A stretch of DNA of 64,000 nucleotides, from contig NC_068985.1 of NCBI RefSeq assembly GCF_001194135.2, positions 70,679,601 to 70,743,600 on the forward strand, read 5' to 3'. This document shows positions 23,591 through 38,075 of this stretch, piece after piece. Source of the stretch: Octopus bimaculoides (taxonomy: Eukaryota). The translations under genes and the position numbers were made by a program. The notes under the pieces are model-generated. The model was not told the origin of the DNA. It worked only from the letters and a program-made list of their open reading frames with translations, and searched no databases. Numbering within the stretch: position 1 is the stretch's first letter; the number at the start of each line of letters is the position of its first letter.

Positions 23591-25315
23591 ACGTAAGAAC
23601 TGTTTACCGAGCTATCATTGTTGAGAAGGGAAAGAAAAAAATGAGCCTATATTGTTATTGTCTCCTTTGCTTAAACTACTTACAATGCTTCTTCTCACGT
23701 GGCATTTGCGCATGTATGTGTATGTATATAAAGTATTAGGGCCGATTCAATTGCCTGTTGGATTTTCAGTGAATACAATAAACTGAAACCGTTTTATTGA
23801 CATTGATATCAGAGAAATTCTACAATAAACATGTGTCCACTCAGTCCAAATACATTATTACTATACTCTACCATTGTATAGCGAAGTTATACACTCTCTC
23901 ACTGACCTTAACGTACATGCATGCATACATAAATACATACATACAAACACAAACACACACACACACACACGCACACACACACAAATATGTATAACGTGTA
24001 CGTGTGCACAGGCATGCGCGTCTCTTTATCTTCCCAAATAATAACATTGTAATTCCCTGACCTTTATCACTGCCAAAATACCATTGCACTTGATGAAAAC
24101 CAATGACTAAGAAGATTTTATAACCTTACAGGGATTTCTTTCCTTCTGTATTCTATTTCCTGTTCAATCTTTGAAACCGTGGGTCTTTCTAAATTACCGC
24201 TGTTCGAACTCTTTGGCAAAATAGCTTTATATTACTTTTGGGTTGGATTTTCTCTGTAGTATCTGCGTTTATATTTTGCGTTCATTTATTTATTCAGATC
24301 ATTATCATTATTCCTTCTTTTCCCACTATATATTACTAGTAAAACCTATATTCCCCGTGGGTGTTGATTTTGAATGTATCGAGACATCGACTGCCATATA
24401 TATACATATATATTTAAATTGCTTCGAACAACGCTTGTAATATCTCCTTTCAATACATGACTATTAACATTGTATTCTGGAAAATTTGATATATTTAACC
24501 ATTATGGTACAATAAAAGAAAAAAAATTATTAATTAAAAAATATAAAAAAAAGAAATCTAGAGAACGGAAAAAAAATCCCAGGGGTTATAAAAACTCACT
24601 AGTAGCTTATTTCGAAAGAAGCAATCAAGTAGTCCCAGACGTACAGCGAAACATTTTGTTATCATAAATAAAACTGCAAGGAAATATCGAAAAGTGAATG
24701 CAGCAGTTTTTGTGTTCTTTGATGCTTATAATGCCTCTTTCACGATCAGCTGACTAATATACTCATGTGCGCGCGCGCGTGTGTGTGTGCGTGTGTGTGT
24801 GTGTGTGTTTGTGTGCGTTTGTGTGTGTATGTTGTGGATGCGTGGAGAGAGATTTATGTAAACACACACACATATATATACATACATACATACATACATA
24901 CATACATACATGCATACGCATATACCTCTGTGTCTGTTATATTGAAGACACGGTAAGGTTCAAATTTAATCAAATTTTCTTATTTAAAATAAGGGAATAA
25001 TATGTATGCGTATGTATGCATGAAAATATACATATATGTATGTGTGTATATATACATAGAAATGTGTGTGAATAAACACACTCACAGTCTAGAGCTTTCA
25101 GTTCGATAATGCTTCTCACAGCTTCACTGAAATACATTATACTGTATGTCATATACAGAAATATAATATACTGTATACAGTTTATTTGAATAATGTATTT
25201 TAGCAAATTAGAGAGCTTATGTTGGATCTACTTTAATAACAGTGTAACTCTCGGGACGAAACAAAATAAGGTTATACGACCAAGCAATATAATGTTTGAA
25301 AAAGAGTTACTCTCA

Positions 25316-25464
25316 GGCACGCGTAGTGGCTTAGTGGTTAGCTTGTCGCACTCATGATCGTAATATTCTGGTTTCGATACCTACACATCTTTCTGTGAAG
25401 CTCCAGTCCATTCAGCTGATACACATGAGTAATCATGCGAGGAATGGACTTCCAGTCCAGAGGT
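25316..25464 (+). mobile_element. SINE family C head
   Basis: GTGGCTTAGTGGTTAG (A box)...GGTTTCGATACC (B box)...GCTCCAGTCCATTCAGCTG. Confidence 0.65.
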
Positions 25465-26600
25465 ATAATGTATACGTCCCAGAATTAAAAATAATAACGG
25501 TATAAATTTATGGCTCAGTAAGGACCTTTGATCTTTTGATATATGCATAAGCGCACGAGTATCTGCTTGAGCGTGTGCACGTGTGTGTATCAAGATTTTT
25601 CACCAATTCACCATTGTTTATCGGGAAACAGTATAACCACCGGGGAGATAACCGAAAATTCGGTGCTCGACAAATAAAATCTCTTGTCTTATTTCTTTCT
25701 TCCAGTTATAAACATTCTCTTCTTATTCTCGCAATTAGATTGTTATGAACTAATCGTCGACTGTTGGAAACCAATGACCAAAGATACACTTGTTTACAAT
25801 TAGTACAAAAAAATGTTCTTAATGATACGATGGATGGTGTACTCGGAAGAGCATGTTTTACATTGTTTAAGCCCCTCTCTTTAAGTTTGAAGTTCAAATC
25901 TCACCTTAATTGACCTTATCTTATTGCGAGATTATTATAAACAAAAATTGAATAAAACAGTGCATGTTTCTTCTAAATATATAAAATGTCTCTATCATCA
26001 TACATGAGCTTCAGATACAAGCAAAATAAGCAGCGGAATTTAATGTTTTAATAGGATGTACAAACACCTATATACACAAGCGTACATAGTGATATTTAAA
26101 AGCAAGTTACGTGTCACACGCAGATTATATGTATAGANNNNNNNNNNNNNNNNNNNNNNNNNNNNNNNNNNNNNNNNNNNNNNNNNNNNNNNNNNNNNNN
26201 NNNNNNNNNNNNNNNNNNNNNNNNNNNNNNNNNNNNNNNNNNNNNNNNNNNNNNNNNNNNNNNNNNNNNNNNNNNNNNNNNNNNNNNNNNNNNNNNNNNN
26301 NNNNNNNNNNNNNNNNNNNNNNNNNNNNNNNNNNNNNNNNNNNNNNNNNNNNNNNNNNNNNNNNNNNNNNNNNNNNNNNNNNNNNNNNNNNNNNNNNNNN
26401 NNNNNNNNNNNNNNNNNNNNNNNNNNNNNNNNNNNNNNNNNNNNNNNNNNNNNNNNNNNNNNATACAAATGTATTTTCGTATGAGTGTATGTATATGGAT
26501 TTTATATCTACATCCATTTCCCTCTCTCTTTCTCTCTCTCCATCTCTCTCTCGCTCTCTTTCTCTGTACCTATGTATAAGATATATATGTGGCGGGGTAG

Positions 26601-26642
<42 letters not shown>

Positions 26643-28127
26643 ATGTATGTACCGACATAAATGCCTATATACATATGTGCATACACACATATGTTCATAC
26701 GTAAATACATATATAGATACACATGTATGTATGTTTGTTTGTATGTATGTATGTGCGTATGTATGTGTGATTATATATGTATGTGCAAATAGCAGTGGCT
26801 GCACACGCAGGCACAGAGGCGCTCAGACACACAGACACACATGCACATGGCTGTGTACATTTACATACGCATTTGGGTTTTTCCCCCTCTTACGCAATTA
26901 ACAAAGGAATGTATCTGCACGTTCAGGCACCAGCATGCATACATGCATGCGTGCATGCTGTTGCATTTGCATTATTTTGTTATGCACAAGTTCAACAGAT
27001 CTTGTTTGATGTATTTCTGACAGATGTGGTGCGAAGTGTGTTCTTCTGAACTCAGAAACAAACCAGCTACAGTAGACACGCTCTTAAATAGGCATTCTAC
27101 TAACATTTGTGTCACATCAATGACTCACTTACTCGATTTGGTAAATGTTTAGTTTGGCAGCAAGAAAGTCATTTCAGTTAAGTTGCTGAATTTCTCGTTG
27201 CATAACGGCACTTGAATGGGGAAAATGGTATTTCTTGCGAAATATATTTGTTGTTGTTTATATATATTCATTTATCGAGTGATTCTTTTTTTTTTTTCTT
27301 TTATATCTTTATTTTCTGCTGAATTACCTCCATCACCGAGTCAGATTTCTACTTCATGTTCCACAAATCTTGTCATCGCTGTTGTTTTTTTTGCAATTGG
27401 CGATGCTTCTTTTATTCTTTTTTTTTTCTGTTACATAATATTTGCATTACGCTAAATCGAAGATAACATACACAAACATAATAAAAAACAAAAAGCGCAG
27501 CAAAACAAAACAAACATACGAGCCAACAAGGGATCCTGTACGTGGTCCATTGATCTGTTAAAAATAGCAGCGAAATTTCCTTGAAATTGTATTCCAAAAT
27601 CTTAACAAGAAGGAAGAATTATTAGATAATACAGAGGTAGATATCAGCTAACACGACCGATTAGTCACAGTTGGAATGACTTTGGTCATTTCAAGTCTAC
27701 AAGATTAAGAACTAACAGGGGGTCTACAACAACGAAAACGCTAGTTAATGAAGATGCTTCTACACGGTCGTTAAGCGTGCTAGAAATGACAGTCAAGAGG
27801 TCCTCCCTCAAATTACACCTACTGTCTGAAACAAAAGAATATATTTGATAACGTTGTGTCTTAGTTTCGTTTTTATTTCTTTTTTCATGCATTTAAAGAT
27901 GAGAAATTAACACAGCTGAAATATATTTCATGGTGTATATTCATTTAGGGTTGGCTTGGGTTTATAAGGACAACATCCATGGAAACTCCATTAACTTCAT
28001 TATACATGCTGAAATAATTAAACGAATACTTCTACTTTGCTTTGCTTTCGTTTGCTTTTTATTATCATCATCATTGCTTCATATATCTGAGTGTGTGTGT
28101 GTGTGTGTGTGTGTTTGAGTGTGTATG

Positions 28128-28164
<37 letters not shown>

Positions 28165-28168
28165 ATAA

Positions 28169-28225
<57 letters not shown>

Positions 28226-28388
28226 GGGAGAATTCACTGAAAAACAAAAGACGAATAAAGGTGGTGTAGACAACAAACAGATGAGAAAGTCTTTAACGCT
28301 TCGAGCCTACGCTCTTCCACAGAAAGGAACACAGAAGGAAACAAAGAGAGAAAAGAAAGAACGTGTAGTGGCTAGCGATCTATCATGG

Positions 28389-28391
<3 letters not shown>
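28226..28391 (-). mobile_element. Short PLE pLTR-like element with a mutated minimal hammerhead motif, between (TA)n arrays
   Basis: Minus: CTTT-CTGTGGA-A-GAGC-GTAG-GCTC-GAA-GCGT-T-AAAG; stems I and II pair, core has A6>U and A15.1>G. Confidence 0.45.
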
Positions 28392-28428
<37 letters not shown>

Positions 28429-28443
28429 NNNNNNNNNNNNNNN

Positions 28444-28810
28444 TTTTACTTATTTCAGTCATTAGACTGTTGCCATGCTGGGCCTTGAAGACTTTTAGTC
28501 GGAGGAATTTACCCCAGTACTTATGTTTTAAGTCTGATACTTATTTTATTGGTCTTTTTTCCCGAAACGCTAAGTTACGTTGACGTAAACACACCAACAT
28601 CGGTTGTCAAGCGGTGGTGGGGACAGACAAACACACATACATGCATTCATATATATATAATGTATGTATGCATGTCTGTAAGTATGTACGACGGTTTTAT
28701 TTTAGTTTCTCTCAACCAGGTCCACTCACAAGGCTTTGGTCAGCCCGAGCTTATAGTAGAAGATTGAACACGGGACCATGAGGTTGGGAAGTACTGCTTC
28801 CTCCACAACC
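28444..28810 (-). mobile_element. SINE family A, head partly deleted
   Basis: TTTTACTTATTTCAGTCATTAGACTG...CATCGGTTGTCAAGCGGTGGTGG...CCACTCACAAGGCTTTGGTCAGCCCGAG. Confidence 0.85.
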
Positions 28811-29636
28811 TTTTCAATGTCAGCTATATTACAAGAATCCGTTCGGAGAAACAAGTGCTGTGAATTTTGAAGAAGGAAAAGTACTTGCGATTGGCTTGGA
28901 ATGTATAGATAAAGAAAAGGGGAAATATGTCACACATTTTAGTATATGCTATTATAAGATTCTTTATCAGTGGTGACATAAGAAAATGATTGCCAAATAT
29001 GCAGTGATTTTACTGTTCGTCACAACTCTAGTTGAGTTCCGACTTTGAACGCATTCTAGCAAATATTTTAAAGTTGAATAGTGATAATAACATTTTATAA
29101 ATGTGTATTTAAGTGTGTATTTAAGTGTGTGTGTGAAAAAGCGAGAGAATATGTGTGTTTGTGTCTTGCGTATATAAAACCACGCTTTCCCTGGTAGGCG
29201 TTGTGAAAATTCAATTGATGGCATAAAGAATAAGGAGATAGAGAGTGAAAGAGAGAGAGAGGGAGGGAAGGATGTAAATTGAGGGAGAGAGAATGTGAAA
29301 GCGATTAAACTAGGGAGCGAGACAAATTAAAATAAGGAGAAAATATTCTTCTTCATTGATCATAAATATCAGTATGGACATAGATGTAGTTGAATATATC
29401 TCGATATGTGTATCTATTTCTTTCTCTGTGTAAGTATTTCACTGTGCATGTGACTGCGTATGTTTCTGAAGTGTGCGTAAAGTATATGTCCATGTGTGTA
29501 GATATACATGCTTGTTTATTCCGATCATAAATTGAAGATCTGATATCATTGAAATATTGGATATATAATTCCCAGTAACATTTCATCTTAAGGCAATAAA
29601 ATAGAGCAAATAATTTGAACTTTGAATTGTATAAAA

Positions 29637-29770
<134 letters not shown>

Positions 29771-31167
29771 NNNNNNNNNNNNNNNNNNNNNNNNNNNNNN
29801 NNNNNNNNNNNNNNNNNNNNNNNNNNNNNNNNNNNNNNNNNNNNNNNNNNNNNNNNNNNNNNNNNNNNNNNNNNNNNNNNNNNNNNNNNNNNNNNNNNNN
29901 NNNNNNNNNNNNNNNNNNNNNNNNNNNNNNNNNNNNNNNNNNNNNNNNNNNNNNNNNNNNNNNNNNNNNNNNNNNNNNNNNNNNNNNNNNNNNNNNNNNN
30001 NNNNNNNNNNNNNNNNNNNNNNNNNNNNNNNNNNNNNNNNNNNNNNNNNNNNNNNNNNNNNNNNNNNNNNNNNNNNNNNNNNNNNNNNNNNNNNNNNNNN
30101 NNNNNNNNNNNNNNNNNNNNNNNNNNNNNNNNNNNNNNNNNNNNNNNNNNNNNNNNNNNNNNNNNNNNNNNNNNNNNNNNNNNNNNNNNNNNNNNNNNNN
30201 NNNNNNNNNNNNNNNNNNNNNGAACTTGTGCGTGTGTTTCATGGTGAATCTCAATACGATGAATGAGAGTAACTCTTTCTCTCTAGTCTATCTATGTCTG
30301 AAGTTTTGCTTGCATTCTTCGAGCCATTTAAAGTGTCATTAGTTACCAGAAACTTCATCGTCGGAGAATTTGAAAACGATTACAATGTAAGAATATCACA
30401 TTCCACAAAGGTACATGCATGTAGTTTTGTTTATTGCAAATTGAGCTTTCAACGTGTAAAGATAGAATTTTCTGATAGCAGAAAAAAAAATGAAACGAAA
30501 CAGCCATTTAAAGACCTCGAATTTTGTTTTAATCATTTCATTTCCTATTGGTCTTCAAGCAAAGTAGGAGTTTGAATCAGGGTTTTCAAACACTACCTGG
30601 GTGCTCTTACAGCACGATTGTTCGCTTTATCGAGTATTCTATGTCCTCAAGTAACACCAGCGTCTGTTCTGGCACTCAATGTATAATAATGGCGGGGAGA
30701 TGAATCGCTGCTGTTTCTAGCAGTCGATTATCCATCTTTGACAAGAACAAACAAGGTCGAAATCACATGATATGGTGGTCTCAGCGCTGGAAATAATGTG
30801 GATTTATCTTTCTATTAGCGATGTAAACAGGAGTGCATTTCGCACCAAAAAGCCAATATGTGAGTTTTGCCCATGGCAACTACCGTTGAACAGATTGTTC
30901 TAATGGAACATCTATCTTTAAGTGGGGATAAACGGTTCTAGATATTCTTTGAGCATATGCATTTTCCATCACTATTTTTATCCAGCTGCTTTACTAGCAA
31001 CATTCTTTCTCGGATTAGCCTGGAGGGTTGTTGGTTTAGTCACCTACATAATGAACATGTAACAGGTTGTATTTGATTATATGCTGACAGGAGCACTCAA
31101 GCGTTTCTCAAAGCAACCTAACATGCAATACATGTTTATACAGCGTGTTTAATATGGATAGATGGAT

Positions 31168-31337
31168 AGGGCAACGAGCTGGCAGAATGGTTAAGCACGC
31201 CGGTAAAATGCTTAGCGGTATTTCGTCTGTCCGTACGTTCTGGGTTCAAATTCCGGTGAGATCGATTTTACCTTTCATCCTTTCGGAGTCGGTAAAATAA
31301 GAACCAGTTGAGCACTGGGGTTGATCTATTCGACTAA
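31168..31337 (+). mobile_element. SINE family B
   Basis: GGCAACGAGCTGGCAGAATGGTTAAGCACGCCGG...GGGTTCAAATTCCGGTGAG. Confidence 0.85.
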
Positions 31338-31394
31338 TATGAATATATGCAAATGTGTGTGTGTGTGTGTGTGTGAATATATATATTTATATAC

Positions 31395-31445
<51 letters not shown>

Positions 31446-32225
31446 CTGCTATTTCTGAACTTCGGTATGTGGTGAATCAACCTGTTGCTGATCCCTTAAT
31501 TTTGTTTATAAATGTATAAGAATGTTTAAATAAGTTCCACACCGATAATGGTGCTTACATACCGAAGGGCTTGGTAAAAATTATTAATTATTAATTTATT
31601 AATAAATTAATAAATTGATAATCCTTTACCCTTTATAATGGTAAACCACAGATTTTCTGCGGTACCGCCTGCGACGCACATGGTAATTCTTGAGGGAAGA
31701 TGATGGGTTGGCTCGCCTATGTAGATTTGGAGATACTTTCAAAATGAGTCGATTGCCATGATGGCGCTAGATCATGCATGCACATTTGCCAGTATCGTCG
31801 AATTTACAACAGGAATATCATACCGACGAGGTAATGAAGAGTTTTCCCTTCTAAACCAGAAACATGTATATTATTAACTATGGCTAGTTTAGTTCGTTAT
31901 TCTTCTTCTTGTTTTGCCTATGTGAGTTGCGGGTANNNNNNNNNNNNNNNNNNNNNNNNNNNNNNNNNNNNNNNNNNNNNNNNNNNNNNNNNNNNNNNNN
32001 NNNNNNNNNNNNNNNNNNNNNNNNNNNNNNNNNNNNNNNNNNNNNNNNNNNNNNNNNNNNNNNNNNNNNNNNNNNNNNNNNNNNNNNNNNNNNNNNNNNN
32101 NNNNNNNNNNNNNNNNNNNNNNNNNNNNNNNNNNNNNNNNNNNNNNNNNNNNNNNNNNNNNNNNNNNNNNNNNNNNNNNNNNNNNNNNNNNNNNNNNNNT
32201 ATATATATATATATTTATATATATA

Positions 32226-32634
32226 TGCGCTGGAATGGCTGTGTGGTAAGTAGCTTGTTTACTAACCACATGATTCCGGGTTCAGTCCCACTGCTTGGCA
32301 CCTTGAGCAAGTGTCTTCTACTATAGCCTCGGGCTGACCAAAGCCTTGTGAGTGGATTTGGTAGACAGAAACTGAAAGAGGCCCGTCATATATATGTATA
32401 TATATGTGCGTGTATACGTCTGTGTATCTGTGTTTGTCCCCCCAACATCGCTTGGTGGTGTGTTTACGCTTGGTGGTGTGCTTACGTCACCGTAACTTAA
32501 CGGTTCAGCAAAAGAGAGCGATAGAATAAGTACTAGGCTTACAAAGAATAAGTCCTGGGGTCGATTTGCTCAACGAAAGGCGGTGCTCCAGCATGGCCGC
32601 AGTCAAATGACTGAAACATGTAGAAGCATAAAAG
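32226..32634 (+). mobile_element. SINE family A, full length, with an internal 18-bp tandem duplication
   Basis: Complete head and tail; CTTGGTGGTGTGTTTACG-CTTGGTGGTGTGCTTACG at 32451-32486. Confidence 0.9.
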
Positions 32635-32739
32635 AATATACATATATATACATATATACACACGCACGCACACACACACATATATAAATATATATATATA
32701 TATGTATGTACATGTATATATATATATGTATGTATATAC

Positions 32740-32793
<54 letters not shown>

Positions 32794-33728
32794 ATAATAC
32801 ATACATACGTATGTATACATACATGTGCGTATGTATTTATGTATGAATGCATGCATGTGTGTATGGTCATATGCATCCATGTATATGTATCTATGTACGT
32901 ATGTATGCTTGTGTGTATGTATGTACAGTATGCATGTATGTACATACGTATGTAAAGTTACTTCACATGTGTACGTACCTGAAGCAGAAGCTTAAGAGAA
33001 CATACCTGTAATAATCCGTGATCTGAGAATCGAATGCTGTTTCAACTGAGCTATTGTGTCACATATGTAAAGAAAACAAGATAAAAAAATTTAATATTAT
33101 ATCGACCGAAAGGAAACCAATATATATATATGACATTTACCATTTATCAAGTAAACCTACAATGCCATTTGTTATTTTCTTAAAAGATATACTGTAGAGA
33201 AATACTCAAGAAATGTTATATTTCTTTCCGTATTTTAATTAATTTTCTTACTGTTACATTTTAAATATAGGAATATATCATATTTGATAAGAAAAAAAAA
33301 TGAAAAAATAAAAAACTAAGAAACTGTTAAAAAATTTAAGTAAATGTAAAAATAAGAAACAGACGTAATTTGAAATATCACGTAAATATAAACAAAATAG
33401 AAGTAATATGTTTTGAAAATTACTTGATGTGTAGAAAATATTGATTAAAGAAAAATAGTTCATTTTAATTTTTTCCTAACATGTGGGAAGAAAAGTTATT
33501 GGCAAGAATTTCATTCACAGAGAATAAAATTGATGATTAATGATCATGTGTGCGTGTGAATGCATGACAGTTTCTATCTTAAAAACGCAAGCATACGCGC
33601 GCGCGCACTTACACACACAAATGCATACATACATATCATATGTACACAAACATTACACACATAAACACACGTACACATACAAATAAAAAGCATACATGCA
33701 TATATTTATACACACACATATATGTATA

Positions 33729-33774
<46 letters not shown>

Positions 33775-35752
33775 NNNNNNNNNNNNNNNNNNNNNNNNNN
33801 NNNNNNNNNNNNNNNNNNNNNNNNNNNNNNNNNNNNNNNNNNNNNNNNNNNNNNNNNNNNNNNNNNNNNNNNNNNNNNNNNNNNNNNNNNNNNNNNNNNN
33901 NNNNNNNNNNNNNNNNNNNNNNNNNNNNNNNNNNNNNNNNNNNNNNNNNNNNNNNNNNNNNNNNNNNNNNNNNNNNNNNNNNNNNNNNNNNNNNNNNNNN
34001 NNNNNNNNNNNNNNNNNNNNNNNNNNNNNNNNNNNNNNNNNNNNNNNNNNNNNNNNNNNNNNNNNNNNNNNNNNNNNNNNNNNNNNNNCTTGGACTAAGT
34101 GGATGAGATAACTATAGAGATATCTGTATATGTGTGTGTGATTTCGTGTGTGTGAGTGTGAGCGCGTGTGTCAGTGTATCTTTGGGTGCAGATATAGTGT
34201 TGTTACTTCAGAGAGTTTCACGTATGTTGTTGATCATGTAACTGATATATGATACATTACACGTTGTATTTATTATGTTAAACAATCGTGATTGGTCATT
34301 CATTGGAAGGGGAATGTCAACTGAAATAAATTAGGAAATAGTAGGTGATAATACACCCCCCCACACACACACACAAACACACACAGACATGCGCGCGTTC
34401 TCACACCCACACATAAAGCTAAAATGGAGCAATGTGCGTGCGCTTATTGTGCGTATGTGTGTGTATAAATGTGTTTGTGCGTGTGTGTTTGTGTGTGTCT
34501 AGTATATTTGGTAGTCAACGCTGAACTGCGATAAAAATAGATTTTCCTCTTATAGAGGACATTGCCTCTGGAAATTCAAGCATAAAACATTCATACACGC
34601 ACACATAACACACACATGCATATACCCATATATATATATATATATATATANNNNNNNNNNNNNNNNNNNNNNNNNNNNNNNNNNNNNNNNNNNNNNNNNN
34701 NNNNNNNNNNNNNNNNNNNNNNNNNNNNNNNNNNNNNNNNNNNNNNNNNNNNNNNNNNNNNNNNNNNNNNNNNNNNNNNNNNNNNNNNNNNNNNNNNNNN
34801 NNNNNNNNNNNNNNNNNNNNNNNNNNNNNNNNNNNNNNNNNNNNNNNNNNNNNNNNNNNNNNNNNNNNNNNNNNNNNNNNNNNNNNNNNNNNNNNNNNNN
34901 NNNNNNNNNNNNNNNNNNNNNNNNNNNNNNNNNNNNNNNNNNNNNNNNNNNNNNNNNNNNNNNNNNNNNNNNNNNNNNNNNNNNNNNNNNNNNNNNNNNN
35001 NNNNNNNNNNNNNNNNNNNNNNNNNNNNNNNNNNNNNNNNNNNNNNNNNNNNNNNNNNNNNTATATATATATATATATATTATATATTATATACATTTTT
35101 GAACTTGCGTGTTTTGCTTTGTTTCATACTGTTCTTCAAACCGTATGTATATATGTATACCTACTCACCATCATATTGTCCGCAATTATAGTTAAAGAGC
35201 AGAATACTATAAAGAAGGGAGCAGGCTACATCTGCAGCTATTCATGCATATGATAGCGATTAACGTTCTCTGGGAATCACTCTTCAATATCAATGACAAT
35301 GAGTTTCAGTAAATGCACGAAATTCTGCCAAGGAGAGATATTGTCGAATAACCTATCTTTCGAATGTCTCAAAGGCTAGCTTAAGTGAACCCTTGATGCT
35401 GAATATGTTTTAAATAGCTTGAAAGGTATATTACAATGTGTGCCTGTTGGGAAACAGTGTTACTATTAACAATAGAATACAGTACAGAGTGGGCTCAGTG
35501 TTGGTTACAGCAAATGCAATTAAAATTACAGTGAGACATTTATGTCATCTCCTATGGGCTATAAAGCTAGTTTACACTACTCCTATTTTGTAGATAGGCT
35601 GCAGAAATGGAAGCCTTCTAATTATATGTATTACATCTTTATTTATCTTCTATCGCAGCTGGAGAACAATACCATTGTTGGTTATAGGTCTGGTAGTCCG
35701 TTGATGTAAGTTATAACTTGGTGTATTATCACACAGTATCTCTAAGGGAAAT

Positions 35753-35966
35753 GGTAGCGAGCTAGCAGCATTGTTAGCATGTCGGATACAATGCTTAGCG
35801 GCATTTCGTCCATCTTTACGTTCTGGGTTCAAATTCCGCCGAGGCCGACTTTGCCTTTCATCCCTCTCGGGGTCGATATTGTAAGTTCCAGTTGAAAAAC
35901 TGGGGTCGATCTAATCGACTTGCACTCTTCATCAAAATTGCTGACCTGGTGCCAAAATTTGAAACG
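35753..35966 (+). mobile_element. SINE family B, full length
   Basis: GGTAGCGAGCTAGCAGCATTGTTAGC...GGGTTCAAATTCCGCCGAGGCCGAC...GCCAAAATTTGAAAC. Confidence 0.9.
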
Positions 35967-36132
35967 AATATGTATCTATAGGGGAAATTAGTTCTCGAAA
36001 ATAAAAACTTGCAGTGAATCACGTCGCAGTGTGTAGGAACGTATTAAAAGAAGATGAAACGCATCACTATTTTGTTTCATGTTGTGTTGTGTGCACACAG
36101 AATGTGTGTATGTGTGTTTATAAACACGCATT

Positions 36133-37435
36133 GGTGCTACTATAGTATGACATCTACCATCCATTTTCTACTATAGTATGATATATACCATCCATTTTCT
36201 ACTGCAGTATGATATCTACCAATTGTTGGTAGTATGAAATACGTTAAAATTCATTGAACATTTATTCTACAAAAGCAAAGGAGCATAATAAACAATTTGT
36301 AGGGTAAAAATTATTTAAAATCATTAACGCCGTATTATACAAAATAAAAATAATCAAATATTGATTTTAATATTTGTAAACTGATCTGATATTCAAAAAA
36401 GCAATGAACATGCCATCGTTTTTGCAGAGCATTTTCCAACAATAATGATCCAAACATGATAGAAAATGTTGAATAGGTATGGCTTCTTTTTTTTTTTTTT
36501 TTCTTGAGTATTTCAATCTTGACATCAAATCAACAATCGCTCAATAGCTGGTATATAATTTCTGATGTCGGTTCCTCATAATTCACTTGATGATTGACGG
36601 TTTTGTGCTGATGGCCGATATTCCTTAAGCAACGGTAAACCGGCCACTCATCGGAATGGATCACAGAGCCAAGCTTACATTCACGTTCTGTGATAGGAAT
36701 CAGAGTGTCCCTATCTCTTCGTTGAACATAAAAGTACTGATAATCAAGCCCATTTTCAGATAAAAAAAACCCAGGGTCCACCTATGCGTGCCCCATGGTT
36801 CTTCACCAGTCAACATTCGACCTCGGTTATATTTACGACGACCAGCAAATCGAGTCTCGTCAATCTGCAGAGGATTTTCCTGTAGGTCAGTCGTTTGATG
36901 TGATATTATCACGCTACAAACTTCACAACACATAGTGAACCAGTCTGTAACAGTATTAAGCGACTTTCCAGTAAAGGTTATAGTAGTACTTATCGGGATT
37001 TCGTGACCTAATTCTAAAATTTCACATACACTCAATCTGATATTGATCTTCCCATTTAAATTGGTATAGTGGAAAAACGGATTTCCTTCCCGAACTGAAT
37101 GATATGCTTGGCACCCTATTTTTGGACATCTCAATATTGACCAGAATTCTCCCGTTCTATTCCTCTTTCTTTTTTCTTGCATTTGTGTTCCACATTTATG
37201 ACAAGGAGGTAAATTTCCTACCTGTTCAATAAAATTGTACTCTCTCAAAAAGGACACCGTTTCATCGTCACTTGAGATTATTTTGTAAAAGTCTCTGGCC
37301 AGCACGGTGCTAGTGTGAACACCTAAATGGACTAGAAGTAATTACTGAAGGCCTTAAAAGGATTGTTTGGTAGAGTGCATTGTCAGCGACGGTGGGTCGC
37401 AAATAGCAAGGTAGATATCATACTATAATAGCATC
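36133..37435 (-). mobile_element. Merlin (IS1595/ISXO2-like) DNA transposon with both TIRs and TSD
   Basis: TIR GGTGCTACTATAGTATGACATCTACC (36133-36158) vs reverse complement of 37410-37435 GATGCTATTATAGTATGATATCTACC (23/26); exact 8-bp TSD CACGCATT at 36125-36132 and 37436-37443; internal transposase. Confidence 0.9.
36530..37305 (-). pseudogene. Merlin/IS1595-family DDE transposase, frameshifted and internally deleted
   Basis: ORF 37305-36700 has a CHKC...C...C zinc-ribbon-like motif and QIDETRFAGRRKYNRGR; overlapping ORF 36781-36530 has RRDRDTLIP...GSVIHSDEW...HKTVNH; the C-terminal catalytic E motif is not seen. Confidence 0.85.
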
Positions 37436-37476
37436 CACGCATTTATGCATTCAAAGCTCTCACTCGGTGTCGCATC

Positions 37477-37548
<72 letters not shown>

Positions 37549-37845
37549 CACACTTCCAGCTTCCACATAATTTATGTCGAATTTCTCTTTCAAGGTATTG
37601 AAGGCAATGATGGCAAACTTTTACTTAGCGTAATACGGAGTGAGGCAAAATTTCATAGTTGCAAGACGCAATTCCTAACAGCGCAGATAAGTGAGTGTCC
37701 ATATTTGTTGTGTATCATCTCTTGAGAATATTTACTATATATTGATGTGTTTCTGCCATCGCAAAAACAGATCGAAGGCATTCTGTTGAGTATGTAACAG
37801 TGAGTGAGTCAGGTGCATGTGACTGTATTATTACAGTGACTGTTC

Positions 37846-38075
37846 AAGGCGGCAGCTGGCAAAATCTTTAGCACGCCTGGTAAAATGTGTGGCGACACTT
37901 CGTCTGTTATTAAGTTCTGAGTTTCTGCCGCGGTCGGTTTTGCCTTTCATCTTTTTGAGGTCGATAAAATAAGAACTAGTTGAGCATTGAGGTCGATTTA
38001 ATCGACTTACTCTCTCGAAGTTGCTTTAAAAGTTATTACAGTGACAGTTCTGGCGTTATGCCTATAGTAGAAAGG
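37846..38075 (+). mobile_element. SINE family B with flanking ATTATTACAGTGAC repeats
   Basis: GGCGGCAGCTGGCAAAATC...GTAGAAAGGATT; ATTATTACAGTGAC at 37827 and 38076, TTATTACAGTGAC at 38033. Confidence 0.75.
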
